Origin: Chlorokybus atmophyticus
Lineage: Eukaryota > Plantae > Mesostigma and Chlorokybus algae
Direction of reading: 5' to 3'
Assembly: GCA_009103225.1 (NCBI GenBank)
Contig: RHPI01001202.1
Span: forward strand, 505,901 to 569,900
DNA: 64,000 nucleotides
Shown: positions 44,052 to 58,120 of the stretch, in pieces
Layout of the letters: each line of letters opens with the position of its first letter
Numbering within the stretch: position 1 is the first letter of the stretch
Position numbers and translations under genes: made by a program
Notes under the pieces: generated by a model
What the model was told of the DNA's origin: nothing
What the model saw: the letters and a program-made list of their open reading frames with translations, nothing else
Databases searched by the model: none

Positions 44052-46984
44052 ATGGCGTCGTCCTCCGCGGCGGCAGCGGCGGCGAGAGTGAGGGGCGGAG
44101 CCTCGTCTTCGTCTCAGAGTGTGTTCAGGAATCCACTGTACGCGCAGCCGGTGTCGCCGATAGGACCCTCGCCCCGCCCAGCCCCGTCCGTGTTTGCTGC
44201 TGTACCGGTGAGAGGCACGAGTGTGTGGAGGCTGATTTGTGGTGTGGTGTGCTTCAACGATTGCTTGCAGGTTATAATATTACTGGAGAATTAACGTGTT
44301 TGTTCATTGGATTGTGTCTGTGTTCACAAGACAAGTACAAGTGTCACAAGGTTGTACACGCCAACTAGTGGTGCTGGCTCTTTGCATGTTACCAGTGCCT
44401 TCAGAGGCAGAGGCCGCAAGCAGCTTCAAGTGTGAGAAGGGGTAGATTAGACCAACAAATTGGCAACTTATCCAAAGCAACTGTTACTGCACACAACTAT
44501 AGTGTCAGCGATAGTGGGTTTGTTGGTGTTTTGTGTCAACATATCCATATTGAGCAGAGTCTGTAGTCGGGTTGCTTTCCAATGCATGGTGTTGGTTGAA
44601 GCGTTACTCATAAAATACTAGCATACTTCTTTTTGCTCAGCATGCAAAGCATGCTTGCTTGCTTGCATTCAACACACAAATCAGAGGTGCAGTTGAACTC
44701 GATTGTGATACTTCTGTTTGCAGTGGAAAGGCGGCTATGCGCGAGGCAACCCGCTGTTTGAAGCAGTGAACCCGCTGTTGCCGGTAGCATGGATACGGGA
44801 CAATGTTGCCCGCGTGATGAGCGTGGCCTTCGGGTCTTTGCGCAACAGCCTGATAGCTGCCGTTGTGGCTACCGTTGTGCTCACCACCTTGCTCCTAACT
44901 TCTAGTACGCGCAATCATGCTAGTTACATATGTGTGTTTGTGTGCGTGTGCATGCGTGCGCGTGCATGAACAATGCATACGGATTTAAGAACACATGCGT
45001 ACATTTAAACATGTCTGTTCCTACGCAGACATATTTGCTTAGTCACACGTGTTCACGTACATGTCATCAATGCATGGGTGTATGTACATGTGCGTGTTCA
45101 TATGTGCGGGTGCACGTACGTGTGCACACATATGCATGTGCGCATACTTGAATGCTATGTATGTACTGCGCGCTTATGACATCGTGTGCAGTTCCTACCT
45201 ACTGGGTGTTTGAAAGGCTTGTGGTCCCACGTGAAGTGCGGTTTGAGAAGCCGCTCATCTTTGACTACCGCGAGGCCGCCCCTTCTGCAGTAGCCACCTT
45301 TCTCCCGCCTAAGTACCTCGAGAATAATCAGGTAACCAAGCATGCATGCTGTGTTGTGTGCAAGCTAGTTACTAATCTGCATGACAACATCACTTCTTGA
45401 GGATGCGTGTATGCGTGCGTGTGTGCGTGCGCGAGTGTGGGGGTGCGTGTACAATGTTCAGTAACATTGCTTTTGTGTTTGGCCAGATCAAGCCTGGCAC
45501 GCCGCCCACAGTGCGCTTCTTGCCTGCCGGGCAGCTTTTGGATGTGAGTGTGGCGCTGAACGTGCCTGAAACTCCCGAGAACAGGCAGCTTGGATTATTC
45601 CAGGTGAGCTGAGTGTCTATCTTGTTGCCCGTAGTAATGTACTGACTGACATGCGCACGCCTGTTGTTGCGCAGGTGACGGCTCAATTGCTGACTGCAGA
45701 TGGACAAGTGTTAGTTTCTGGAAGCCGGCCATGCTTGCTGCGATTCCGCTCCGGCCCCATCCACTATCTTCGGACTATGCTGTTCGCGTTGCCTATGGCT
45801 TTCGGGTACTTTGAAGAGCAGGAGGTGTGCGTTTTAAGTGTATACATGCAGTTTGATGTACAAGCCTCTACTCCAGACAGAAGCTAACACTGCGTGATGT
45901 AAGCAGCACTTTGAATTGAAGCTGCTGTCTCGCTATAAAGAGAAGGCAGACAAGCCGTTTGTCAAGCTGCAAGTGAAACTGGAGCATCGAGCCGGGAGCT
46001 GCCTGTCCCCGCCGATCGTGTCATCTGCTTCTACGGCTGTTGAACGCAGGCTCACTGGCCTGAGCTACCTGATGTACTACTGGAGGTAAGCCAGGTGTCT
46101 TCTTCCCACACTGCATGTTGAGCAACACGTCAGTGACTGACACTTGTGCACTACGTGCGTGCAGGTTCACGTGCATGGTGTGGGGCGTGCTGTCGATCTT
46201 CAGTTGCCAGGTGCTGATGTTGCTTTGCATCTGCCCGCGGCTGCTGTTGCCGCTGCCCGCACCCGAGGAAGCAGAAGTCGTTGAGTTGGAAGCCGTGCCC
46301 GTCGCGCCCACACGACTCCCAACAGTCGTGTTGGCAGAAGCCGCAGCTCCCGCGCCCGCATCAGAACTCGCACCCGCGCTAGTAACAGAAGTGGTAGAGG
46401 AAGAGATAGCAGAGCTGCCAGCTGTCGCACCCGCGTCTGCTCCTCCTACAAAGGGTCCAATAAGAAGGATACGTCCCGTGGCTGCTCCAAGCGCTGATGA
46501 AGCTGTTGCGACAGCAGAGCGGCCAAACAGCAGCCCCGCCGGCTTGCCAGCTGGCAGGCAAGGTGATGTCCAACAACAACCCGATACCGTCCCTGCACAG
46601 GTGCTGAGGGTTCGCCACCGCTCGCAACACCAACACGAGGGGACATTAGCGGGTCCACGCAGCGGCGGGGACAGCGAGCCGGACTTGTACAGCGCTCAAG
46701 AGGAGTTCAGCGATCCCGAGCAACCGTTCAATGTTGGTAGTGTGGACCCGCAGGGCAGCAGCATCAACAGGCCCGCGGCACTCGACGACACGTGGACTCT
46801 GGTACACATGCCGCGGGGGAACCAAGCGCGCAGACGCAGCATCGCCGGCAGCGTACCGGATGGCACACTCAGGCGCAGCACGAGTGCGGGCTCAGATGGC
46901 GGTGGGGACGCTGCGGACAGGAGGGGTACCCTGGACAAGTCCCAGTCGCAGTCATCTCGAAAACACAATGGCAAATGGCGGTAG
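44052..46984 (+). CDS. SEIPIN: Seipin (lipid-droplet biogenesis, BSCL2 family), multi-exon, with a long disordered C-terminal tail
   Basis: TM1 (LIAAVVATVVLTTLLL); FEKPLIFDY; LDVSVALNVPETPENRQLGLFQV; SRPCLLRFRSGPIHYLRTMLFALP...GYFEEQ; PPIVSSA...LTGLSYLMYYWRFTC TM2. Confidence 0.85.
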
Positions 46985-47447
46985 GCAGTGATGTTGTGCG
47001 TTCACGAGTGTTGGCAGTCTACCCTGCCAATGATGTGAGTGCGCCACAGGGCTTAGGGAGGGAGTTAAGGGCTTGTATGTATGTATCTGTGTAGAAAGTG
47101 GTTGTGAGGTGTACAGTTTGGGGAGTGCTGAGCTTATTGCAGAGGCAATCAGCTTAGACTTGTGAATTGTTGTGAATATGACGGAGTGCAGTAACTTCTT
47201 TGCTTCACGTTCACAAGTGCTGTTGATTTTACTGGCATGAAGGGTCTGCTTGCTTTGATGGAGGACTCCATGTCACTGGTTGGGAGCAATGCTGGCCTTG
47301 ACAACGAGCAGCATGGCCCATGCTGCGTGGGGTACAGTGAACGCAATATAATGACACATGACACCGGTCTTTATGTGGGTCGTTTCTCTTCTTAGACAAG
47401 CAATATGTAAGCTTTGCAACACTTACCGCAAAATAAGACACAATAAT

Positions 47448-48327
47448 TCACACAAAAAGATACGGATAGAACACTCTCAGATACTCTGCCGATGGTGGCT
47501 TGACGGGGACGAATCGTGCTGCTTGTATAGGCCTCGCACACTTTGTACACCAAGTAAAATCGAGCCATGATAAATGCGCTTGGACATCTTGGACTACTGG
47601 TGGATACGACTTGCCGGGTGCCCACCACTCTTGAAGACACCACCTTGGTGAGGAGAAGAGTGTGGCAGGCGTATGCGGCTTTCGCGGCTTGTAGTCTGCA
47701 AACAAGTTGGTGCAGGCAACATTAGGTTCATGTTTGCTGATAGTGTTATGACTATGCGAGTTGCAGTACCTGTGGGAGATCTGACTATGATGTCAAGGGG
47801 ATCGTGCCAGTTGCTGGCAGGGAAAGGCAAGTCATGTATATATGCATCGTATAAAAAGCGCCAATGCCGCATGACAACCGTAAGCTTGGGTATCATATGA
47901 GGCAAGTGGTCGGGCATGTGGTGATATACGTCTGCGAACATGCAAGGGGTTTTGCATGAATGTGTTGTTCGACCGAAAACATCTACTCAGGTTGTCAACA
48001 ATCAGCAACAAGACAACAGCAACAACCTACCAGGATGGTTTTGACGGATTGCCGTGACGATGCGAGCATAGCGTTGGTAGTTGATATTTCCGATGCTTCT
48101 TTGAAACTTCAAGTTCTTCACATCACGTATGATGTTCGACGGCCAATGCTTGAGAGAAAAGTTCATACGCAGGCAGCGGACGCCTGTCAGGGGTTCTTCA
48201 TCCGTTTCATAGTACAGCCTATAGTAGATTTCCAGCTCTTCCAGCTCGTCCTGCTCTGCACACAAAGAAGATGTTGCACAGTTACATAGTGAGAAGGATG
48301 ACACATACCGACGCACACGCGCGCGCG

Positions 48328-48360
<33 letters not shown>

Positions 48361-48488
48361 CTTGACGAACTCAAATTCACTCCCTGGGCTAGTTGTGTCC
48401 ATTGTCACTTACCGTCGTTTGCTTCATCGCTGCTGGCAGCTTGCCAGCTGCAGGACGCAGCGTCGTCATGTTCACCAAAGCTGTCCAT
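47448..48488 (-). CDS. Unrecognised 4-exon protein, paralogue A (~236 aa)
   Basis: Exons 48488-48413, 48255-48031, 47931-47770 and 47695-47448 have canonical GT-AG phase-1 introns and sum to 711 nt with an open frame. Homologous to 50092-51448. Confidence 0.7.
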
Positions 48489-50091
48489 TGCACGCCTGTG
48501 TCCAGCAGCACAGTTCGCGGTTAAAGAGAGAAAGCATTTTCATGCACACATACACGCAGTGGGTAAGATATGAATAGGTGGTGCGCTCGCAAAGCATTGG
48601 TGTGTGCGCCTGTGCATGTGCAATGGCTTTCACACGCGCTTGCGCAAAAGTGTCTGTGTGTGTGTGCGCCTGTCAATGTGCACGAGCGTTGTTTGGTATG
48701 CGAGATGAAGCAGCTTCAATCAACCAATCAGCCTCCCTCCTGATCCTGGCCTCTACAACGGCAGAAGGGTGTATGCACCAGCACCAGTATTGCAAGCTTG
48801 TGTGTGTAAAGAGATGTACATCTGAACTCCTATTTAGATACCATACCTCATGCAGGCTACTTTCACACCTCAACAAATGCAGAACCAACGCACAAGTTTA
48901 ACAACATAACACGAGAGATCAAGGTTGCTGAGTGTGACGCAAACTGCAGCAAGGACACGTGTTGGCCATGAAAAAAGTTGTGAATACAATGTATACTTTG
49001 TACTCTCCTTGAGAACATTTTGTGTTCACCACCTATAGTACCTACCGCTCACTCATGTCCAACAGCCAACCGCACATCCGCCATCAAAAAACTTGATTGG
49101 TACTGTCATCATCAGGGGCTCCACCTTTCTGTGTCTGTGCCCCCACTTGCGCGCTAGTCCCAGCCCCAGAGATGTGCTTGTTCAAGCAGAGTATAAGGGG
49201 GACTGTCCGCCACGCCTACACCTGCGCCGCCGCCCGCTCGAGCCTCAATGCACACTGGCTGATTGGATGGGGCGTTGCCACTAAGGGCCTGCCTTTCTCG
49301 TTTTGGCCTGGAGTTCAGTCAGACCCTCTCTCGTACTTCTGTTTGTAGTCAACATCCCAAAGAGTTCGCAAGTTGCGCTTAAGCGGCGGCGGCGGAGGAG
49401 GAGGAGGAGGAGGAGGACGAGGACGAGGAGCTGCAGAGTTGGACATCCTGCATAAGGACGTGATTTCTGAGGAAAGCCTAAGCGGAAGGGCGGATAAGCA
49501 ACAGGTGGGGGGCGCCCTGACGCTCAATTGATGTTGATGGAGGCTGCGCGATGGTTGAAATGGTATCAATGATGTTGTTGAGCATTGACTGCGGTTGAGG
49601 CGAAGGATTATACTGTTGCGGTACAACCCTCCTCGACCGATGCAGTGACTGTCAGCGTTTGGTACAACTCTGCCGTTTTGCTTCTTGGCTTGTTTGTTGG
49701 CTCCGCAGATTGATAATGCGATTGCATCGTCTAAGCAAGCGCGCATATGTATCTACGAAAGAGTCGCGCAACATCAGTGCTAGTGCACATGCACGTAGCC
49801 GTTATAGAGGACACAGGTTGAGGAGGGAGGATGACTGGATTAGGACAGCTACTTGATATCTCGCACACGAAACGTTCAGGAAAAAAAAGCTTGCAACATG
49901 CACGTATTCATCAGCGCAGGTGCACACACATAAGGTCGCGTGCATAGAACCGTACGTAGTCATGCACACCCATCCACACCAACGCCTCCGAGCGCACCCA
50001 CTCACTTGCTCATACCTTACCCGCTGCGTACATGAACGTTGCCCTTGCGCTCTCGCTTTATGTGAACTGTGCTGCTGGACACAGACGTGCG

Positions 50092-51448
<1,357 letters not shown>

Positions 51449-51579
51449 ATGGTTTATCAGGTGGCGTTGATTGTAGGTTGTGGCAAGAGCCAGCTTGAAA
51501 CGTAACTGATAGATACAAACATGTGATTGCGCAATATAATCTGTATTTACGACTGACATGGTAAGCAATTTGCCATCCA

Positions 51580-51990
51580 ATAATCGTGATAACTTTTTGT
51601 GTATTTGTCATCAAAGTCTTACATGCACTATGACCAAGTTACTTGAACTGATTACCCTTACCAACATGTAATGTTCACGAACGCTATTAATGGCATGGCA
51701 TGCCATCCGCCGTAAAACAACCAAGAATCGTGGTCGTATTTTGTGTAGTTGTAATCAATGTCTTACATGCAGTTTATGACCAATTTACTTTACTCAAGCT
51801 GACGATCCTTAACGACATGCAGTGTTCACAAACACTATCGACGGAATGGCAATGGCCATAATGGTATGCTATTTAATGTCGAATTATTCAGAGATGTGTT
51901 TATGTCACATAATTTACAATAATAGTCTGACATGCAGTTCATGACCAAGTTACTTCATTCAAACCGACATCCCTATAGCAACATGCAACC
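51580..51990. repeat. Three degenerate ~145-165 bp tandem units downstream of paralogue B
   Basis: GTCT(T/G)ACATGCA...ATGACCAA(G/T)TTACTT cores at ~51616, 51760 and 51925. Confidence 0.7.
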
Positions 51991-52683
51991 AGTCCACAGT
52001 GCGTGCTTCTGAACGTCACAATTGCTGGTTCACGCGAGGGTGTAGGGGTTATGGCAGCTGAGCGCGAGACGAATTTCCTTGAAAGCCAAGTGTTACGACG
52101 CGGAGTTTGCAGCTTTATCCCTTCAGTTGCAGAGACTCATAATTGCTCGGAAGCAAAAACCATTGAGTTGTAATATGTGTGTGTGATTGTCTTATTTATA
52201 ACTGCATGCGGATAAAAAGCATGCTTCTTTCAGCGCGTAATTGCTCAATTTCATCAGAGCATCTATGTCGCCCTGTAGCGTTATTGGGCATTTGCTGTCA
52301 TGGTATTAACAGCATGAGCTGTACAGGCAATCCCGTTATGCAATGCAAGGCCAGCTCGTAACACTACTCAAAATTCAAGCGATGTGGCAGGCTTCGTTAT
52401 GTTTGTTTTGTCTAATACATCATGTACAATATTAATGTACAAGCATACGAGTAGTGGCTGATTGTACCTGACCCCATGCTATCCAGTAGCATGAAGTTCA
52501 GGCTACAATGGCTTGGTAGCCATGTAATGTATTATCGTCTTAAAGCCGAAGTGAGTGCCACTTGCACACGCAAAATCATTCAGGCGCCTATATGGGAATG
52601 CATTCCCTAACCTATAGTACAGTGTGTACGCGGAGCACTTGATGTATGTGTTCGTGCGATGCCCGGCGCACTGCGGCAGGGGG

Positions 52684-52902
52684 CAAGCAATATGTAAGCT
52701 TTGTAACACTTACCGCAAAATAAGACACAATAATTCACACAAAAAGATACGGATAGAACACTCTCAGATACTCTGCCGATGGTGGCTTGACGGGGACGAA
52801 TCGTGCTGCTTGTATAGGCCTCGCACACTTTGTACACCAAGTAAAATCGAGCCATGATAAATGCGCTTGGACATCTTGGACTACTGGTGGATACGACTTG
52901 CC
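52684..52902 (-). repeat. 219-bp near-identical copy of the 3' end of paralogue A (47397-47615), ending at an N
   Basis: One mismatch seen (TTGCAAC vs TTGTAAC); N at 52903. Confidence 0.9.
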
Positions 52903-53369
52903 NCTATACGAAATTTTCACGATAGTCGGCGGCCATTGCTGTGCATTCTGTGGTAATGCACTAGAACGCATACTTGCGCGGGGTTTTGACAGAAATGAAA
53001 CTAACTTTTGGGCCGCCGCCGCAAATTACGAAGATTTGCGGCACTACGGTATGATCCACCTCAACAACATGCGGAGTCGGTGCTTGATGTAGCCATCTGG
53101 CATGAGACGTTAACAACATTGTTTTTGCATGCTTTGCATTGAGTCGATTTTGCTCACACAAATTTGGCAATAGAGAGCAGCCGTCGAGCTGCTCATCCTC
53201 AAAGGGATAACATAGCACGGTCAGCCCCGTCATTGGTTCAACGGGACCGATCGAACGGTTGCCCGATGCGCTGACGCCACAGGCAGACACAAATTAGCTG
53301 CCAAATCCCTTCAGAACATGCTGCACAGCTTAACCAACGGCTTAGCTAGAGTCGGGAGGGGCAGCACAT

Positions 53370-54088
53370 GGGACAGCATCATGGCAACTGGAAAATCCTT
53401 GCCGAGCACTCGAAGTTATCGAGTATGTAAAAGCGTATCAGCGAGAGGTTGTCGCGGCTGGTGTACAGCCTTAGCAAGCTGAGCCTTTACAGTGAGAGAC
53501 GTTCGCACGCTGTCAACGCACTTGGACGTACAAGTATATGCTACAAGCGGGCCCGAAGTGTTGCTTCTTATGCGGGACCGCATGCTGTTCCCATGCTCGT
53601 GGTGTAGTTGGCAGAGCGATGAAGCGTGTCATCTGCAGCTGCACCAACTACAGCAAACAAAAGCGGGCTTACAAGTCCGCATAGGGGTGCTAAAGAACTG
53701 GAAGGACATGCCCCCGGCTATCCCACTCACACATGATGGCATTGTTTTTGACATGCATTAGGAGATGGGGCTGTTTGTAGAGTGTGCACGTCAGCACAAC
53801 ATGGAGCTTGGCACGGGCTATTTGTTCCGTGGCATGCATTAATGCAAAAGAAAGTGGCTGCACGGAAGTCTACAGAGTGCCGCGGCCAATAAGGCGTTAC
53901 GCAAGCACTTGTTGGCTAGCGGCATTGACAAGCCACATGTGACGCTGCATAGTTTCAGACGAGGTGGTGTGCAGCACCGCCAAAAACAAGGCATGACCAT
54001 GGCAGAGCTACAACAACAGGGTTTGTGGCGGACTGAGGCCATGGTGCGGCACTACTTGTGCCCGTCTAATCAGGTATACACTATATAG
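53370..54088 (+). pseudogene. Tyrosine recombinase of the DIRS-type element (frameshift plus in-frame stops)
   Basis: NPCRALEVIEYVKAYQRE...QAEPL; LMRDRMLF; GYLFR; catalytic TLHSFRRGG...GLWRTEAMVRHY. Stops at 53759-53761 and 53840-53842. Confidence 0.88.
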
Positions 54089-54460
54089 AATGCCACATGC
54101 GGGTATTTGCCTGGGCTATATATGTGCGCAGGCACTTTCCTACCCCTCACAAACAGAGCTGGTTGTGCATGAAGTAGCATGCTCTCATGAATAGGTAGCC
54201 CCAGAACTTGTGGCCACCAAGGTTTCTGTGTCCATTGTGGCATAACCAACACGCAATCGAGCGTATGCAACCAACTTACCTGCCGTGCCCAGCAGGGCCA
54301 AGGGTCGGGATGACCCACAAGAGGCCGCGCTTGGCGCAGTCCCAACCGGAGGTGAGAGCGTTGCCACTCGAGCCCGGGCTGTTACAAGGGAAGAAGAAGG
54401 CGGGAGCAACGGTATTGACCTGACCGAAGCAAACATGTCTACAGTCGATGCACCTCATCG
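54070..54460 (-). pseudogene. DIRS Dam-like methyltransferase domain
   Basis: VDMFAS; NALTSGW...LLWVIP; CVLVMPQWTQKPWWPQV, matching DIRS MT motifs (VDLFAS, DA..W, P.W...WWP). Frameshifted. Confidence 0.75.
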
Positions 54461-54469
54461 CGCTATCAC

Positions 54470-55889
54470 TTGATCACGCGTTGTTGCGCACATGGCCCAA
54501 TCGCCTGCATCCGCGGTTTTGGAGAGCCAGTCCTCTAATTGCAGCCGCTTGCGCGCCTGCCACGAGCAACGCAAGTGAAGATCCCTGGCCCAGAGCACTC
54601 CCTACAGCTTATAGAGCAGGGCTCTTAGGTAAGGCGAAGGGGAGACCAGCTTGGAAAGAGCTTGTAGGGCTGGTTGACAGTCCCCTTCAAGCATGACAGT
54701 TGTGTGCCGCACGTTTGGAAAGCGGCGAGCTGCCCCTATGACCACGGCAACATACGTCAGCCCTTTCTTGACTGCTAAGGACAGCTCCAGCTCAACCGGT
54801 GTGAAGTTGCCCTGCATGTGGCCCCACGGTGTCACCGCACCCCAACCCTTTTCTGTTGATGCATGTGCACGCAGCAGAATGGAGCTAGGCCGTCTCCACC
54901 AAGCGCTGGCTGTGTACATCCGCATGGTTGATCGCGACCACGCAATGAACTCTTTTGTATTGGCCGGCGCTGCAAATGGTGCTTCCCAAGTGTTGGCGTG
55001 GTTTACGACTTCCATGAGCGACCTAGCAAATAGCAGGACGGGAAGAACGGCCAAGCGTAGGCTGATTAGCTTGCCTGCTACGCGCGCCAGCACTTTGTTG
55101 GTGAGCGTTGTGCGCGCCAGCGTGTCCTCAAGCAGCATGTCGAGGTCCTCAAGCTTGGCTTCAGGCACTGAGAACGCGCCCACTTGCGAGTCCACAATGA
55201 GCCCCAGCAGCTGCAAGCGCATGGTGGGGAAAGCATTACACTTAGGCAGTCCAAAGAACTCGTGCAGTGCCGCATCGAGCTGCATGATCAGCTCAATACG
55301 CCAGTAGATGCCTTTGTTGCGATGTGCCATGTGCATGTCTATGTAGCTAAGGGTGCCAATGCCCGCAATTCGCAATGGCTGTGGATGACAAGCTGCACCA
55401 AGTGAATGCATAGCATGCTCGATTCAGTCCAAAGGGGAGCACGTTCCATCTGAACACCTGACCTTCGAAGGCCACGCACAAGTAATTGGTGTCACATGCG
55501 CGGATGGGAATGTGGTGGTATCCGCTTTTCAAGTCAAAGCTTGCTTGCCATGCTCCTACTTGGGTGTAGTGTAACACGTCTGTTAAGCGCTCGTAGTGGA
55601 AAGGTATGTGTGCGAGGAACAGGTTGATGTAGCGAAGATCCACCACCAAACGTTTCTTGCTCGTGACTACCACCCCCATGCCCGAGATCACCTGCTTTGC
55701 TGCATCGGTTGGCACCGGGGTGATAGGCCCCGTGCCCACCAGCCCACCAGCCCACCATTGGGGAGCGGCTTTGGCAATACCTGCGCCGGTGCAGAAACAT
55801 TGAGCATGGCCATCACAGGCCATGCCTGGACGGCGACAACCTCTCCTTGGCTTTGCCCCGAGGGAGCAAAAGGAGGCTTGCAGGCTCAT
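54470..55889 (-). pseudogene. DIRS-type reverse transcriptase and RNase H
   Basis: KKRLVVDLRYINLF..FHYERL; FDLKSGYHHI; VLPFGL; degenerate SYIDM at the YxDD position; PTMRLQLLGLIVDS; RVAGKLIS; RNase H AHASTEKGWG and EGDCQPAL; DWLSK..D.GDW. Confidence 0.9.
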
Positions 55890-56005
55890 GAGCGGTGTGC
55901 AGCTGCCCGAGGCAGTGCTTGAAGTAGAATGTTGAAGAAAGGAATGGAGAGGCGCGACACAAAGGCATACCCTGCAACAAACGCGTACCTTGTCATGTGT
56001 TGGTA

Positions 56006-58120
56006 TTATCCAAGCTGAGTGGCTGCCTCCTTCCGCACCTCCGTGTAGAATTCCAGCAGCTCGGTGATGAGGTGCGCCTCCGTGTAGTCCATGGACAGGT
56101 CCAACTTACTCGCCTCGAGGGCCCGAGCGCAGTCCTCCCCGAACAGTGAAGCATGAACGTATCCAAACTCTTTGTACAAACACGTTTCAAGCAGTACATG
56201 TACATACGCCATGAGCGGATACTGCGTGTCCGTGATCATGTTCGATTTGTGCAGTTGCAACAATCCCTTGCGCACCGCATCTCCCGTGAAGCGGTTAACA
56301 ATGTTGTTGCGGACACGCACAAAGTGCGAGGTGCGCGTGAAGTGGGTGACATGTACGCCATCAGCTGCCAGCTTCATGCCCTTCGCCTCCGCGAACGAGC
56401 GCCCAGGTGTTGCAGCTGAAGGCACTGTGGGGTGAGGTGTGCATGGGGCTGGCCGCGTCAGCGGGGGTGCGATTGTAGAGGGGTTAGCTCCCACAGCTGG
56501 AGGCACGGTGGGGTGAGGTATGAAAGGGGCCGGCTGCGCCGCTAGTGGTGTTGCGATTGTAGAGGGGTTGGCACTCATTAGGTTGGGACAGGCCGAAACC
56601 TGCAGGGGCTGGTTGGCGGGTAGCGTGCGCACAAAAACGAGGCCGGCGGCAGCATCGATCACGCCTTCCACGCGCGCGAGCGTCCATTGTCCCACGCTTA
56701 GCTCCGCACACACCATGCGTCCTAGCAGCGCCTGCAAGCCACCTGCTGCTAGCAACGCAGCCACATCAGTCGTTGCCTGAGGATTCAAAGTATGAATGTA
56801 GCCCAAACTCAGCATTGAGGGTGGCCGCGAGGTTGTTGAAGGCGGCATCGACACTGGGCGCGCCTGGTGCGACGCCTAGCGATGGCGTGACGAAAGCGGG
56901 CGGAGGAGGCACCGCCAGAGCTGGCGGGAGGGGAGCTGAGACGTTCAGTGCTGGCACGGACGGAACTGGTGCCTACTGAGGCAGGAGAGGCGCTCCCGAC
57001 TGCTCCGCCTGCAGCCGCGGAGATGGGGGGTGATGCGATCTTCGCGCCAGGAGGCTCCAGCTGCGCCTGACTGGCGACCGATGTTGCCATCGGCGCGGGG
57101 GGCTGCGGCTCCTGCTGCGACCCCACCCAGGGCTCCAACGCTGGAACGCGTAGAACACGGGGCCGCGGCAGTTGGGGCTGCGCGACCGCCTGCGTAGGGG
57201 GGAAACTGGGGTAGGTACGGCCCCTTAGCGGGGACCATCTGCGCCTCAGGGGCTGGTGACGGTGGGGAGAGTCCCGGGAACTTGCCATGTGCGGGCCGTG
57301 TCTCTCATCTCCACAAGATGAGCCCCCCAAGTACTGTGTTCCTGTATTAAGCGCGAGGGGTTTGTCCTTCTCTCACGTGCTCACGCATGCGTCGCGGAGA
57401 GACCACGTGGTCAAAGCGCCCCACCACCCTGTGTTGTTGGCGCTGCGTTGCTGCACCAGGTAGTTGAGCGGCAACTGGACTGGGGACTCCGACATCTCCA
57501 AGGCAACACGTACAAGGGGTTCCCTCTACAGAGGGCCTAAAGCAACAATCAAACGGTCATGCAAGGGACGCCCAGGGCCTGCCTGTGTGTCCACTTGACG
57601 CAAGATGTCCACGCAATACGCGTTGTCTACGATCACGCCGATGCCCAGCCGCTGCTTCAAAGCTTGCAAATCCACCGCTCGCGTGCCAGTACGAAAGCGC
57701 TGCAGCTCAAACTCTTCAGATAGTGGCAGCAGCCAGGTGTTCGCCCACGCGTTAGGACACTCGTACGGCCACCACGGGTTGCCTTCAGCAGGGCCGTGCT
57801 GTTGCATGCCGCCCCTCCTCCTCCCTCCTCAAGTAGCGCTCAGAGCAACAAACAACAAGGGCAGCAAGGTCGCCTTGCTGGAGGTTATGGAGAGAGGTCG
57901 TACATGGATGGCCTTTGGCTGCTGCGAAGCGGCCAGGGCCAGCTCAGCAGGCTGGCCCTTCAGCGGCGGTGGAGGCAGCTGTCACATCGCCGTTGAGCCA
58001 GCCCTGGGCGGCAGGGAGGTAAGCTCTAGTGCGGTCTTTCAAGCACGCCGCACTTCTAGTGCTGCATGTGCACGTGCTCAGCTCCTCAGCAGCTATTGTT
58101 GCTGGGGAGCTGAGCGGTAA
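56006..58120 (-). pseudogene. ORF1/gag-like region of the DIRS element, Pro/Ala-rich, with an internal ~23-aa duplication; fragmented
   Basis: 282-aa ORF with ANPSTIATPL..PAP.PHPTVP repeated twice. Upstream frames (57526-58120) continue as protein-like text broken by TAG/TGA stops. Position 5' of RT fits ORF1. Confidence 0.55.

Larger units (their letters stand above)
52904..58120. mobile_element. Decayed DIRS-order (PAT/kangaroo-like) tyrosine-recombinase retrotransposon: ORF1 and RT-RNaseH-MT on minus, YR on plus
   Basis: See the component features. The domain set and DIRS-type RT text are recognisable. Boundaries are approximate and terminal repeats were not found in the window. Confidence 0.88.
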
